From NCBI GenBank assembly GCA_026128965.1, contig JAHCIY010000002.1:1448108-1512107 (forward strand): a stretch of DNA of 64,000 nt. The letters are read 5' to 3'. Positions 54,730 to 64,000 of this stretch are shown one piece after another. The stretch's first letter is position 1; each line of letters starts with the position of its first letter. The stretch is from Labilithrix sp. Lineage in GTDB: Bacteria; Myxococcota_A; Polyangia; Polyangiales; Polyangiaceae. The position numbers and the translations under genes were made by a program. The notes under the pieces are model-generated. The model searched no databases, was not told the origin of the DNA, and saw only the letters and a list, made by a program, of their open reading frames with translations.

Positions 54730-55887
54730 TCACGCGGCCATGGGTGGAACGAGGACGCACTTGATGCAGTTGTCCTTCTTCTTCTCGAACAGCTCGTAGG
54801 CGTCCGCCGCGTGCTCGAGCGGGACGCGGTGGGTGATGATGCCCTCCGCGTCGATGCGGCCCTCGCGGATGTGATCGAGGAGCTTCGGCATGTAGCGCTT
54901 GCAGTTCGCCTGGTTCATCCGGAGCGTGAGGCCCTTGTTCATCGCGCTGCCGATGTCGACCGCGTTGAACGGCGGACCGTAGACGCCGATGAGCACCACG
55001 TTGCCCGCCTTGCGGCACGCCGCGATGCTCCAGTTGATCGCGGTGGCGGAGCCCGCCATGAGCTTCGCCTTCACGCCGAGGAAGCTCTGCGCGACGGAGC
55101 CCTCCGCCTCGCAGCCGACCGCGTCGATGCACACGTCGGCGCCGCGCCCGTCCGTCATCTTCATGAGGAGGGAGACGACGTCGCCGCCGGTGGCGTCCTC
55201 GAAGCCCACCGTCTCGACGTTGTTGTACGCGCGCGCGAAGTCGAGGCGGTAGGCGACGGGATCGACCGCGATGACGCGGCCCGCGCCCATCAGCCACGCC
55301 GACCTCTGGGCGAAGAGCCCGACCGGGCCGCAGCCGAACACGACCACGGTCTCGCCCGGCTTGATCTCGCCCATCTCCGCCGCCTGGTAGCCGGTCGGGA
55401 GGATGTCGCTCAGGAAGAGCACCTGCTCGTCCGTCATGTCGTCCGGGATCTTCATCGGCCCGACGTCGGCGAACGGCACGCGCACGTACTCGGCCTGGCC
55501 GCCGTCGTAGCCGCCGGTCGTGTGCGAGTAGCCGTAGACCCCGGACGCGACGTTCGCGCTCGGGTTCGTGTTCTCGCAGTTGCCGGTGAGCCCGCGCTGG
55601 CAGAAGAAGCAGGTGCCGCACGAGATGTTGAACGGCACGACGACGCGGTCGCCCTTCGTGAGCGAGACGACGCCCGGGCCGACCTCCTCGACGACGCCGG
55701 CGAACTCGTGGCCGAACACGCAGCCGACGCGCGTGTCGGGGATGAGGCCGTGCAGGAGGTGGAGGTCCGAGCCGCAGATCGCGGTGCGGGTGACGCGGAG
55801 GATCACGTCGTTGGGGTGCTCGAGCTTCGGCGCGGGCTTCTTCTCCACGCGGATCCGGTTCGGTCCGCGGTAGGTCAGTGCGAGCAT
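54730..55887 (-). CDS. Zn-dependent alcohol dehydrogenase, glutathione-independent formaldehyde dehydrogenase-like
   Basis: Catalytic Zn ligands (CGSDLH, GHEFAG), structural Zn Cys cluster (CGTCFFCQRGLTGNC), Rossmann GCGPVGL. Confidence 0.9.
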   Translation of the reverse strand: MLALTYRGPNRIRVEKKPAPKLEHPNDVILRVTRTAICGSDLHLLHGLIPDTRVGCVFGHEFAGVVEEVGPGVVSLTKGDRVVVPFNISCGTCFFCQRGLTGNCENTNPSANVASGVYGYSHTTGGYDGGQAEYVRVPFADVGPMKIPDDMTDEQVLFLSDILPTGYQAAEMGEIKPGETVVVFGCGPVGLFAQRSAWLMGAGRVIAVDPVAYRLDFARAYNNVETVGFEDATGGDVVSLLMKMTDGRGADVCIDAVGCEAEGSVAQSFLGVKAKLMAGSATAINWSIAACRKAGNVVLIGVYGPPFNAVDIGSAMNKGLTLRMNQANCKRYMPKLLDHIREGRIDAEGIITHRVPLEHAADAYELFEKKKDNCIKCVLVPPMAA

Positions 55888-55937
55888 GAGTCAGTTCCTT
55901 TCCTTTCGGCCCACGCTCCTTTCAAGGTCCGCGCCGT

Positions 55938-56462
55938 TCACTCGACGTCGAGCGAGCGCGGCAATTCGAGGTGCAAGCGCGAGAGGTCGCTCGTGACGAC
56001 GACGCGCACCCACGAGGTCTCGGGATCGCGCGCGAGCGCCTCCGCCGCCGCCGGGGTCCACGTCGCGTCGCCGTCGAGGACGACGATCGCGTCCGGCTCC
56101 TCCGAGAGCAGCCGCGCCACCGCCGCGAGCGCGTTCTCGAAGCGGACGACGAAGCAGCGCTGCGCGAGCTTCCGCGCGGTCTCGTCCGTGCTCGCGTCCG
56201 TCGTCGCGAGGAACACGGTCGGCTTCGCCTGCGTCAGCTGCGCGGGGAGGGGATAGCCGTGCGCGCGCAGGAACGCGAGCACGTGGTTGCGGCGAAAGCG
56301 GAGGTGGCGCCCCTCCGTGCGGCGGTGCGGGATCTTCCCCGCGTCGCACCAGTGATGGATCGTCTTGAGGTCGACCTCGCAGAAGCGCGCGACGTCCTGC
56401 GCGGTGTAGACGAGCGGCCGCCGCGCCGCCGCCTTCAGCGCGGCGCGTCCGCGGGCACCCAT
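55938..56462 (-). CDS. DNA-binding protein with N-terminal excisionase/MerR-like HTH and C-terminal receiver-like (pseudo-REC) domain
   Basis: YTAQDVARFCEVDLKTIHHWCDAGKIP is an HTH pattern. The C-terminal half resembles an atypical receiver (VVLDGDATW...VVVTSD). Its 5' end overlaps the NUDIX gene by ~28 nt, so the real start may be internal. Confidence 0.5.
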   Translation of the reverse strand: MGARGRAALKAAARRPLVYTAQDVARFCEVDLKTIHHWCDAGKIPHRRTEGRHLRFRRNHVLAFLRAHGYPLPAQLTQAKPTVFLATTDASTDETARKLAQRCFVVRFENALAAVARLLSEEPDAIVVLDGDATWTPAAAEALARDPETSWVRVVVTSDLSRLHLELPRSLDVE

Positions 56463-57253
56463 CGCTCTCCGCGGAGCACGTAGCGCGTCGCGTCCGGCAC
56501 GCGGAGCCTTCGCTCCTTCACCTCGTGCTCGGGATCGCCCGGCAAGACGAGCGCGAGCGTGTCACCTTGCGGCACGAGCTTGGGGCACACCGGCTCGAGC
56601 GACGCCTCTGCGGCCGTGGCGATCGCGTCGGCCGCGCGCGTCACGGTGGCGAGGAGCGCGATCGTCGCGTGGGTCGGCGGCGCCATCTGCACCTCCGCCG
56701 CCTCCCAGCGCCGCAGCACCTCCGCCGGCGTAGCCCAGAAGCTACGCACCGTCTCGTACGCGTCGTGCGCGCCGGCCTGCCCCGGCGGGGCGATCGCGAC
56801 GAAGAAGCGAGCGTCGAAGCGCCGCGCCTCCGCGGTCGGCGTGATCCAGCGCGAGAGCGGGTGGAGCGCGGCGAGGTCGAGCTTCAGCCCGCGCTCGGCG
56901 AGGAAGGCGCGGAGCGCGCCGGGGTCGGCCGCGAGGCGCGCGCGCAGCGCGGCGAGGGTCGCGTCGTCGAGCGGCTCGGAAGTGTGTAAAATGCACGCTT
57001 CTTCGAGCGTCTCGCGGCAGGCGGCGATGCGGTGCGCGTCGGCGTCGCCGCGGACGAGCGGCGCCCAGGCGGCGTCCGCGTCCGCCGCGTCGACCTTCCC
57101 GCCGGGGAAGACGATCGCGCCGCCCATGAACTTGCTCGCCTTGCTCCGCTCGACGATGAAGACCTCGAGCCCCGCCTCCCCGTCGCGCACGAGCACCACC
57201 GTCGCCGCGTCCTTCGGCGCGACGGCGTCGCGGTCCATCTTCAGGTCGAGCAT
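56435..57253 (-). CDS. NUDIX hydrolase
   Basis: NUDIX box GGAIVFPGGKVDAADADAAWAPLVRGDADAHRIAACRETLEEACIL (Gx5Ex7REUxEExGU pattern). Confidence 0.8.
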   Translation of the reverse strand: MLDLKMDRDAVAPKDAATVVLVRDGEAGLEVFIVERSKASKFMGGAIVFPGGKVDAADADAAWAPLVRGDADAHRIAACRETLEEACILHTSEPLDDATLAALRARLAADPGALRAFLAERGLKLDLAALHPLSRWITPTAEARRFDARFFVAIAPPGQAGAHDAYETVRSFWATPAEVLRRWEAAEVQMAPPTHATIALLATVTRAADAIATAAEASLEPVCPKLVPQGDTLALVLPGDPEHEVKERRLRVPDATRYVLRGERWVPADAPR

Positions 57254-57269
57254 CGTCCGCGATCTTACG

Positions 57270-57803
57270 TCAACGGACCGCCTCGGAGCGCATCGCCTCG
57301 CGGCGGCGCTCGTGGGCGCGGCGCTCGATGCGCTCCTTGCCGGTCGTGTCTTCGACGAAGGTGAGGACGTCGCGCTCGTCGTCGCCGATGAGGTCGAGGA
57401 GGACGTCGGCCGCGCGCTCGGCCGTGATCGCGCCGTCGCCGCGGCCGGGGAGCTCGAGGATCGCCTTCTTCGCGTGGAGGCCCGCGACGGAGGTGATCAT
57501 GCGATCGAGCACCTTCTTGAAGGTCGCGTCGCCGAACGAGGCGCGCGGGCCGAGCCCGGCGACGAGGAGCTTGTCGAAGGGGAGGCGCGGGCGCACCGGG
57601 ACGGCGAGGATCTCGCCGACCTCGCCGAGGAGGAAGCCCTGCTTCGCGAGCTTCGAGAGGCGGCCCGCGAGGCGCCAGTCGACGAGGCCGGCGAGGCCGT
57701 TCAGCGGGCGCGTGTCGCGGTAGACGCCGCAGGCGATGAGCTCCGCGCTCGTCTCGTCGAGGCGACGGAGGTCCGGCGCGACGAAGCGGAGGTCGACGAT
57801 CAT
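57270..57803 (-). CDS. Hypothetical protein (178 aa)
   Basis: Start at the internal ATG (MIVDLRFVAP...). The upstream part of the track ORF is Arg-rich and not protein-like. Co-directional with, and 4 nt after, nusB. Confidence 0.5.
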   Translation of the reverse strand: MIVDLRFVAPDLRRLDETSAELIACGVYRDTRPLNGLAGLVDWRLAGRLSKLAKQGFLLGEVGEILAVPVRPRLPFDKLLVAGLGPRASFGDATFKKVLDRMITSVAGLHAKKAILELPGRGDGAITAERAADVLLDLIGDDERDVLTFVEDTTGKERIERRAHERRREAMRSEAVR

Positions 57804-58210
57804 GTCCGGCCGAGATCGGTCGCGATGCGATCGAGCACGCCGTTGACGAACCCGCTCGACTCCTCGGTCCCGTACGACTTCGCGAGCTCGACCGCCTCGT
57901 CGATGACGACCGCGCGCGGGACCTCCTTCTTCGCGATCAGCTCCCAGGTGCTCATCCGGAGGAGGTTCCGGTCGACGCGCCCCATCCGCTCGAGGCGCCA
58001 GTTCTGCGACGCAGCGGTGATGCGCTTGTCGACCTCGGCGAGGCTCGACTCGACGCCGCTCACGAGCTCGTCGGCGTACGGCCGGCCTTCGGGATCGGCC
58101 TCGAACGAGCGCCAGAACAGCTCGATCACGCGCGGCGCCCGCTCGCCCGAGGCCTCGAGCTGGAAGAGCATCTGAAGCGCGGCCTCGCGGCCGGAGCGGC
58201 GCGCACCCAT
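57800..58210 (-). CDS. nusB: Transcription antitermination factor NusB
   Basis: 136 aa. AREAALQMLFQLE....RNLLRMSTWEL......INEAVELAK....SGFVNGVLD is the NusB signature. Conserved position after ribH. Confidence 0.9.
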   Translation of the reverse strand: MGARRSGREAALQMLFQLEASGERAPRVIELFWRSFEADPEGRPYADELVSGVESSLAEVDKRITAASQNWRLERMGRVDRNLLRMSTWELIAKKEVPRAVVIDEAVELAKSYGTEESSGFVNGVLDRIATDLGRT

Positions 58211-58213
58211 CGA

Positions 58214-58702
58214 TCAGAACCCGGCGCCGTCGAGCGCGCGATCGAGCGACACCATCTCGATCGCGGAGACGGCGGCGTCCCAGCCCTTGTTGCCCGCCTT
58301 CGTGCCGGCGCGCTCGATCGCCTGCTCGATCGTGTCGGTCGTGAGCACGCCGAACGCGATCGGGATCCCGGCCTCGAGCGACACCGCCGCGACGCCCTTC
58401 GAGACCTCGCCCGCGACGTAGTCGAAGTGAGGGGTCGACCCGCGGATCACGGCGGACAGCGCGATGATCGCGTCGAGCTTCTGCTTCGCCTTCGCGAGGC
58501 GCCGCACCGCGTGCGGGACCTCCCACGCGCCGGGGACGCGGACGATCGTGATGTTCGCCTCGTTCGCGCCGTGCCGCACCAGCGCGTCGACCGCGCCGCT
58601 CGTGAGGTGGTCGACGATGAAGTGGTTGAAGCGGCTCGCGACGATGCCGAAGCGCGCTCCCTTCGGAACGACGAGGTTACCTTCGACGATGCGCGCGGCC
58701 AT
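58214..58702 (-). CDS. ribH: 6,7-dimethyl-8-ribityllumazine synthase
   Basis: [18 protein letters not shown].....HG......[11 protein letters not shown]........[23 protein letters not shown]....[10 protein letters not shown] canonical RibH motifs. Confidence 0.95.
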   Translation of the reverse strand: MAARIVEGNLVVPKGARFGIVASRFNHFIVDHLTSGAVDALVRHGANEANITIVRVPGAWEVPHAVRRLAKAKQKLDAIIALSAVIRGSTPHFDYVAGEVSKGVAAVSLEAGIPIAFGVLTTDTIEQAIERAGTKAGNKGWDAAVSAIEMVSLDRALDGAGF

Positions 58703-58704
58703 GA

Positions 58705-59856
58705 TCAGTTGCCTCCGAGGGTGACGCTGTCGACCACCTCGAGCCCGAAGCCCGAGAGGCCGGCGATCTTACGCGGGTTGTTGGTGAGGAGCCGGATGCG
58801 ATGGAGCCCGAGGTCGGCGAGCACCTGCGCGCCGAGGCCGAACTCGCGGAGCGGGTGATCGGACGAGCCCGTCTTCGCCGCGCCGTTCGTGAGCGGCGGC
58901 ATGAGCGCGGCGAGCTCCTCCGCCGGCGACGTGCGCGCGGGGAGGTACACGATGACGCCGCGCTTCTCGGCCTCGATGCGGTGGATCGACTCGCGCAGGT
59001 TCTTCCCGCCCTCGCGCGCGGTCGAGGCGAACACGTCGCCGAGCAGCGAGCCCCCGTGCATGCGGCACAGCACCGGCTCGTTGGGCGGCAGCGTCCCGTG
59101 CACGAGCGCGATGAACTGCCGCCCGTCGGTCGCCGACTCGTAGACGTTGGCCGTCCACTCGGTCCCGGTCTCGTCGAGGCGGAGCTGCCCCTGGCCGACG
59201 CGCTTCACGAGGCGCTCGGTCTGGAGGCGGTACTGGATCATGTCCGCGATCGAGAGGATGCGGAGCCCGTGCTTCGCCGCGAACTGCTCGAGGTCGGGCA
59301 TCCGCGCCATCGTGCCGTCGTCGCGCATGATCTCGCAGATGACGCCGGCGGCGGTGAGCCCGGCGAGGCGCGCGAGGTCGACCGAGCCCTCGGTCTGCCC
59401 CGTGCGCACGAGCACGCCGCCCTTCCGCGCGCGGAGCGGGAAGACGTGGCCGGGGGTGACGAGGTCCTCCGGCTTGCACTCCGGCGACGCGGCGAGGCGC
59501 ATCGTGTGCGCGCGATCGGCCGCGCTGATGCCGGTCGTGACGCCGTGGCGCGCCTCGATGCTCATCGTGAACGCGGTGCCGAGGCTCGGCGTGGAGCGGC
59601 CGGGCTGCGCCATCATCGGCAGGCCGAGCCGGCCGATCGCCTCCTCCGTCAGCGTGAGGCAGATGAGCCCGCGGCCGTGCATGGCCATGAAGTTGACCGC
59701 CTCGGGCGTCACGAACTGCGCCGCCATCGTGAGGTCGCCCTCGTTCTCGCGGTCCTCGTCGTCGACGAGGATGACCATCTTCCCCGCGCGGATGTCGGCG
59801 ATGGCGCCGTTCACGCGCTCGAGGAGCTTCGGCTCGATGTTGAGGGCAGGGGCCAT
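58705..59856 (-). CDS. ribBA: Bifunctional 3,4-dihydroxy-2-butanone-4-phosphate synthase / GTP cyclohydrolase II
   Basis: DHBP synthase motifs ([19 protein letters not shown]) followed by the GTP cyclohydrolase II domain ([11 protein letters not shown]....). Confidence 0.95.
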   Translation of the reverse strand: MAPALNIEPKLLERVNGAIADIRAGKMVILVDDEDRENEGDLTMAAQFVTPEAVNFMAMHGRGLICLTLTEEAIGRLGLPMMAQPGRSTPSLGTAFTMSIEARHGVTTGISAADRAHTMRLAASPECKPEDLVTPGHVFPLRARKGGVLVRTGQTEGSVDLARLAGLTAAGVICEIMRDDGTMARMPDLEQFAAKHGLRILSIADMIQYRLQTERLVKRVGQGQLRLDETGTEWTANVYESATDGRQFIALVHGTLPPNEPVLCRMHGGSLLGDVFASTAREGGKNLRESIHRIEAEKRGVIVYLPARTSPAEELAALMPPLTNGAAKTGSSDHPLREFGLGAQVLADLGLHRIRLLTNNPRKIAGLSGFGLEVVDSVTLGGN

Positions 59857-59862
59857 GTTCGC

Positions 59863-60516
59863 TCAGAGGTATCCGGAGGCGCGGAGGCGATCGAGCAGAC
59901 GCGAGTCGGGCGCGGGCTCCTCGCGCTCGGCCTCGAGGAGGCGCGCGACGTACCGCGCGAGCACGTCGACCTCGAGGTTCACGCGCGAGCCGACACAGAG
60001 CGCGGGGAGGGAGGTCTTCTCGAGGGTGTGGGGGATGAGCATCACGTCGAAGCGGCTCCGGTTCACGTGGTTCACGGTGAGGCTAACGCCGCTGACGCAG
60101 ATCGATCCCTTCGCCGCGATGAAGCGCGCGAGGTCGGGCGGCGCCTCGAAGGTGACCCTGAGCGCCGCGCCCGACGGCGTCTTCTCCACGACCGTGCCGA
60201 CGCCGTCGACGTGGCCGCTCACGAGGTGGCCGCCGAGCCGGTCGCCGACCGCGAGCGCGCGCTCGAGGTTCACCGCGCCGCCGATCGCGACGCCGCCGAG
60301 CGTCGTCTTCGCGAGCGTCTCGCTCGAGGCGTCGACCTCGAAGACGTCGGCTTCGACGATCGTGTCCACGGTGAGGCACACGCCGTCGACGCTGATCGAC
60401 TCGCCGAGCACGAGCGGCTCACCGGGGAGCGCGCCGCGGAGGACGAGGCGCGCGTCCGGCCCGCGCTGGGCGCGGCGGACGAGCGAGCCTTTCGCCTGGA
60501 CGAGGCCGGTGAACAT
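59863..60516 (-). CDS. ribE: Riboflavin synthase alpha subunit
   Basis: MFTGLVQ...G....GESISVDGVCLTV....F..D...ETL..T.L........NLE duplicated lumazine-binding repeats. Confidence 0.9.
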   Translation of the reverse strand: MFTGLVQAKGSLVRRAQRGPDARLVLRGALPGEPLVLGESISVDGVCLTVDTIVEADVFEVDASSETLAKTTLGGVAIGGAVNLERALAVGDRLGGHLVSGHVDGVGTVVEKTPSGAALRVTFEAPPDLARFIAAKGSICVSGVSLTVNHVNRSRFDVMLIPHTLEKTSLPALCVGSRVNLEVDVLARYVARLLEAEREEPAPDSRLLDRLRASGYL

Positions 60517-60575
60517 GCCGCTGCTTAGGTAGTGAAGGATCGGTCGAGCGTCAAAGGGGTGGTAGGCTCCGGGCA

Positions 60576-61196
60576 GTGGCGAAGCGGGTGACTTTTCCCA
60601 TACTTGGCCTTGCGTTCGGGCTCGCGGCGTGCGGTCCGAGCTTTCAGGCCGTCTACGAGGGGAACGTGCGGTTCGAGCATTGTTACGCCCTCGAGGAGAA
60701 CCCGCAGAAGCCGATGCCGGAGAAGGCGTCGTGCTGGCGCGACTGGTCGGAGCGCTACACGTTCGGCCAGACGCGCGATCGCGTGCAGTACGCGATCTCG
60801 CGCTACGTCGCGCTCTCGCAGATGTCCACCGCGCCGACGGACGAGGCGATGATGATGGCGGCTCCGGGCGAGGCCTCGCGCACGAGCACGATCACGGCGC
60901 CGACCCCGTCGAACGCGTTCGCGCCTCCGCCGAAGGTCCTCGACTCGGGGGAGCAAAAGAAGACGCTGACGCCGGGGCATCCGATCGAGACGGCGGCGGA
61001 CGTCCCGTACATCGACGCCGGCGCGCCCGCGCCGGTCGTCACCTTCGTCGCGCCGAACCAGAGCTGCGTCGACGGCTGCATGGGCGATTACCGCGCCTGC
61101 GCCCCGACCTGCGAGGGCGACGCAGGGGCGGCGTCGAAGCCGTGCGCGACTTGCAAGAAGAAGTACGCCGCCTGCGGGCGCTCCTGCTTCAAATAG
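60576..61196 (+). CDS. Hypothetical lipoprotein with Cys-rich C-terminus
   Basis: Lipobox LAACG. C-terminal CVDGCMGDYRACAPTCEGD...CATCKKKYAACGRSC (10 Cys in 50 aa). Confidence 0.55.
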   Translation: MAKRVTFPILGLAFGLAACGPSFQAVYEGNVRFEHCYALEENPQKPMPEKASCWRDWSERYTFGQTRDRVQYAISRYVALSQMSTAPTDEAMMMAAPGEASRTSTITAPTPSNAFAPPPKVLDSGEQKKTLTPGHPIETAADVPYIDAGAPAPVVTFVAPNQSCVDGCMGDYRACAPTCEGDAGAASKPCATCKKKYAACGRSCFK

Positions 61197-61199
61197 GCG

Positions 61200-61703
61200 C
61201 TACGGCACGCCGGCGTCGTCGTCGTCCGAGGGCGGATCGAGGACGACGGGGCCGCCGTCGGGCGCCGGCGGGAACGGCGGGACGTGGACGACGACGCGGA
61301 CGTAGTAGTCGGAGCACGTGTCGTTGTAGACGTCGACGCGGTTCGGGCCGACGTTCTGCACGAGCGCGATGTTGCCGGCGCCGGTCGTCTGGTTGCCCGC
61401 GTTCGGGCCGGGGACGTTCGGCTCCGGCGCCGCGGAGAGGAACACGCTCACGTCCGCCGGCGTGCGGCCGCCGAGGGCGCGGATGTCGAAGACGTAGCCG
61501 GACTGCCGCTCGAACGGCAGCCACGGCCCGACCATCGGCGTCGACTCCCACATCGTGTCGGAGACCATCGAGCCCTGCCCGGCGTCGACGCCGAAGAACT
61601 CGATCTGGCCTTCGCACGTGCGCGGGTAGCAGGACGGCGCGGCGAAGATGCCGGCGGCGGCCGCGACCCAGAGACCGACGAAGAGGAAGAGGCGGGCCTT
61701 CAC
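61200..61703 (-). CDS. Hypothetical secreted protein
   Basis: GTG start (cac at 61701-61703), signal peptide MKARLFLFVGLWVAAAAGIFA, four Cys, acidic C-terminus. Confidence 0.5.
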   Translation of the reverse strand: MKARLFLFVGLWVAAAAGIFAAPSCYPRTCEGQIEFFGVDAGQGSMVSDTMWESTPMVGPWLPFERQSGYVFDIRALGGRTPADVSVFLSAAPEPNVPGPNAGNQTTGAGNIALVQNVGPNRVDVYNDTCSDYYVRVVVHVPPFPPAPDGGPVVLDPPSDDDDAGVP

Positions 61704-61715
61704 TCGCCCGCCTCT

Positions 61716-62702
61716 TTACCCCAGAAGCTCCGCCGCGCGAAGGGCGTGGTACGTCAAGATGAAGTCGGCGCCCGCGCGGCGGATCGAGGTCAGGACCTCG
61801 AGGATGGCGCGATCGCGGTCGATCATTCCGCGGTCCGCGGCGGCGTGGAGCATCGAGTACTCGCCCGACACGTTGTACGCGCCGAGCGGGAGGTTCGAGG
61901 CCTTGCGGACGTCGCGGATGACGTCGAGGTAGGAGAGGGCGGGCTTCACCATCAGCATGTCGGCGCCCTCCGCCTCGTCGAGCGCCGCTTCGCGGATCGC
62001 CTCGCGCGCGTTCGCGGGGTCCATCTGGTAGCCCGCGCGATCGCCGAACTTCGGCGCGCAGTCGGCCGCCTCGCGGAACGGACCATAAAAAGAGGAGGCG
62101 TACTTCACCGCGTACGAGAGGAGGGAGGTCGAGGTGAAGCCCTCCGCGTCGAGCGCGGCGCGCATCGCGGCGACGCGGCCGTCCATCATGTCGCTCGGGG
62201 CGACGACATCGGCGCCGGCCTGCGCGAAGAGGACGCCCATCTTCGCGAGCACCTCCACCGTCGCGTCGTTGTCGACCTCCATCGTCCCGTCGGCGCGCTT
62301 CCGGAGGACGCCGCAGTGACCGTGGTCGGTGTACTCGTCGACGCAGACGTCCGCCATCACGACGAGGTCGGGGACCGCGCTCTTCATCTCCTTGATGGCG
62401 CGCGGGACGGGGCCGTCGGGATCGAGGCCGGAGGAGCCGCGCTCGTCCTTCGTCTTCGGGAGGCCGAAGAGGATGACGGAGCTGATGCCGCGCGTCCGGA
62501 TCATGCGCGCCGTCGCGGCGGCCTGCGAGACCGGGAGCTGCTCGACGCCGGGCATCGTGCCGATCGCCTTCGGCTCCTCGATCGCCGCGCTGAAGAAGAG
62601 CGGGTAGACGAAGTCGTTCGGCGCGAGCGTCGTCTCGCGGACGAGCGCGCGGAGCTCGGGGGTCGCACGGAGACGGCGCGGACGGACGACGGGGAATCGC
62701 AT
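61716..62702 (-). CDS. hemB: Porphobilinogen synthase (delta-aminolevulinic acid dehydratase)
   Basis: Active-site and metal-site motifs (VMADVCVDEYTDHGHCG, GADVVAPSDMMDGRV, catalytic K in YQMDPAN..EA and MVKPAL). 328 aa. Start codon position ambiguous by 1 nt in my reading. Confidence 0.95.
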   Translation of the reverse strand: MRFPVVRPRRLRATPELRALVRETTLAPNDFVYPLFFSAAIEEPKAIGTMPGVEQLPVSQAAATARMIRTRGISSVILFGLPKTKDERGSSGLDPDGPVPRAIKEMKSAVPDLVVMADVCVDEYTDHGHCGVLRKRADGTMEVDNDATVEVLAKMGVLFAQAGADVVAPSDMMDGRVAAMRAALDAEGFTSTSLLSYAVKYASSFYGPFREAADCAPKFGDRAGYQMDPANAREAIREAALDEAEGADMLMVKPALSYLDVIRDVRKASNLPLGAYNVSGEYSMLHAAADRGMIDRDRAILEVLTSIRRAGADFILTYHALRAAELLG

Positions 62703-62711
62703 CGCCCCGCA

Positions 62712-63353
62712 CTATACCGCGCGGCCGCCGAGCGCGAGCACGCGCGTCGTGCGCGTCGTCGCCGACTCGAGCTCGAGCGTGGTGGGGACCTCGTAGCGCG
62801 CGAGCTCCCGCGCCGCGGCCGGGACGTAGTGCCGCCCCGGATCGCCGGTCACGACCGCGACCGGCAGCGCCTCGAACCACGCCGCGAACCTCCGCGCGGG
62901 CCCGGCCTCGTACCAGACGTCGCCGGCGAGGAGGAGGTCCTCCTCGACCGCGGCGCCGACGAGGTCCATGCACTGTGCATGGATCGTGACGCCGTTCGCG
63001 GCGGCGTTGATCCGGCACGCCGCGATCGCGAACGCGTCGACGTCGACCGCGCGCACGCTCGCCGCGCCGGCGAGCGCGGCCGCGATCGCGACGAGGCCGC
63101 TGCCGGTCCCGAAGTCGAGGACCCGCTTGCCGCGGACGACCTCCGGGCGATCGAGCACCCAGCGCGCGAGCGCCTGCCCGCCGGCCCACGGCACGCACCA
63201 GAACGGGACGCCGAGGTCGTGCGCGTCGAGCCACGCCGAGGTCGCGCGCCAGATCGGGAGCACCTCCGTCGCGGTGTGGATCCGCACCTCCGGCACGAGC
63301 GGAACGGCCGCGAGCACGGTGTGCTCCCGCACGAAGCCGGCGTGATCGTGCAT
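62712..63353 (-). CDS. Class I SAM-dependent methyltransferase (PrmA/small-MTase-like)
   Basis: Start at the internal ATG (MHDHAGFV). Motif I VLDFGTGSGLVAIAAALAGA; acidic motif II AVDVD. The upstream track-ORF part is Gly/Ala-rich junk. Confidence 0.7.
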   Translation of the reverse strand: MHDHAGFVREHTVLAAVPLVPEVRIHTATEVLPIWRATSAWLDAHDLGVPFWCVPWAGGQALARWVLDRPEVVRGKRVLDFGTGSGLVAIAAALAGAASVRAVDVDAFAIAACRINAAANGVTIHAQCMDLVGAAVEEDLLLAGDVWYEAGPARRFAAWFEALPVAVVTGDPGRHYVPAAARELARYEVPTTLELESATTRTTRVLALGGRAV

Positions 63354-63387
63354 CGCGCGGAACCGTAGCAGGGTGTATCGTGGGCAC

Positions 63388-63936
63388 ATGTTCGTTCGGC
63401 GGACGTCGCTCGCCAGCCTCGCGTTGCTCATCGCGTGCGGGAACGATCCGCCGCCGGAGACCCCCGCCCCGAAGCCGCGCCCGGCCGACACGACCGAGGT
63501 GAAGATGGAGGTCGTCCCGATCGAGAGCGCCGCTCTCGCGCCGCCGCCGCCGCCGGAGACCAGCGCCGCCGCGCCTCCTGCCGAGCCGGCGGACGACGCG
63601 AACATCGGCGGTCCGCAGGAGGCGACGGTGGAGCGCGCGGTCGCGCCGATCAGGCCGCGATTGCGTGCATGTTACAAGAAGGCGCTCGAGGCCACGCCCG
63701 GCGTCGCCGGCAGCGTCACCTTCGACACCACGATCGGCAAGGACGGGAAGGTCACCGCCGCGCGCTTCGTGAAGAAGGACGGCCTCAGCGACGACATGAT
63801 CAGCTGCCTGACGTCGGCGGTGAAGGCGATGGTGTTCGCGCCCGATCGCAAGAGCCAGGTCGTCGCGTTCACGTTCGGCACGCCGTCCGCCGCGCCGGTC
63901 GCGGCGGCCGCGGACGCGGGGCCGCCGAAGAAATGA
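63388..63936 (+). CDS. Lipoprotein with Pro-rich linker and C-terminal AgmX/PglI-like (TonB-C-like) domain (tentative)
   Basis: Start at the internal ATG (MFVRRTSLASLALLIACGN, lipobox). PPPPPETSAAAPPAEP linker. C-terminal RPRLRACYKKALEATPGVAGSVTFDTTIGKDGKVTAARFVK resembles the myxobacterial AgmX/PglI C-terminal domain as I recall it. Confidence 0.55.
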   Translation: MFVRRTSLASLALLIACGNDPPPETPAPKPRPADTTEVKMEVVPIESAALAPPPPPETSAAAPPAEPADDANIGGPQEATVERAVAPIRPRLRACYKKALEATPGVAGSVTFDTTIGKDGKVTAARFVKKDGLSDDMISCLTSAVKAMVFAPDRKSQVVAFTFGTPSAAPVAAAADAGPPKK

Positions 63937-64000
63937 GCCGCCGCCGTCGCGCCGCGGTCCGCCACGTCGCGCTCACGTCGCTCGTGCTCGTCGCGTGCGG
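63935..64000 (+). CDS. 5' end of another lipoprotein gene (runs off window)
   Basis: ATG overlapping the previous stop (aATGa). MSRRRRAAVRHVALTSLVLVAC is a signal peptide plus lipobox. Confidence 0.45.

Noticed and set aside
60517-60575. FMN riboswitch upstream of the rib operon
   Set aside because: Only ~60 bp separate ribE from the divergent lipoprotein gene and no RFN-like conserved stems are visible. ribD, and presumably the riboswitch, must lie elsewhere
61284-63368. 694-aa plus-strand ORF spanning hemB and the methyltransferase
   Set aside because: Asp/Arg/Gly-rich antisense artefact. hemB and the MTase motifs are on the minus strand

Overview
This is a 64-kb window of very GC-rich (about 70%) bacterial chromosome. 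It has dense lipoprotein signal peptides, Ser/Thr kinase and two-component genes, an enormous TPR protein and candidate Myxococcales-restricted domain families. From these I infer a myxobacterial (Myxococcales-like) origin, but that is inference, not a database result. Coordinates and starts follow the supplied ORF track; my own position reading may be off by about 1 nt in places. The ORF track translates any table-11 start codon as M, so I re-checked starts against the DNA where I could.

The window opens inside a giant (>3,000 aa) TPR-repeat protein (1-9209). The features that follow are a PD-(D/E)XK/Uma2-like nuclease, an M16 zinc peptidase, a secreted HExxH protein, a membrane Ser/Thr kinase, a lipase and an operon running FIST sensor, hybrid histidine kinase, receiver. 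After that come a divergent pair of genes (a possible double heme-oxygenase-like protein and an ACAD-like flavin monooxygenase), a lipoprotein combining a His/Gly/Lys-rich repeat with a C-terminal triheme CxxCH cytochrome domain, and a ~1.4-kb non-coding tandem-repeat region.

The most unusual part is a ~10-kb signalling island at 29.2-39.1 kb. It has two partner-switching modules: an RsbR/RsbS/RsbT/RsbX-like set, and a GAF-PP2C + HATPase + DUF1987/STAS-like set that is translationally coupled to a CheA-like kinase. These sit among Hpt, CheB, CheY-like and PilZ-receiver genes, with no MCP, CheW or CheR in the window. The region is also studded with short tandem duplications of gene 3' ends, and a 17-bp x4 repeat carries the start codon of one partner-switching kinase.

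Further on there is a candidate fluoride riboswitch upstream of a CLC-F-type channel (GNNLV/GREGT motifs), a sensor kinase, a membrane metallophosphoesterase, an FHA-sigma54 activator and a REC-DUF4388-roadblock regulator. The right-hand end is housekeeping: an AmiC-type amidase, a Zn-dependent formaldehyde/alcohol dehydrogenase, a NUDIX hydrolase, nusB-ribH-ribBA-ribE, hemB, a methyltransferase and lipoproteins.
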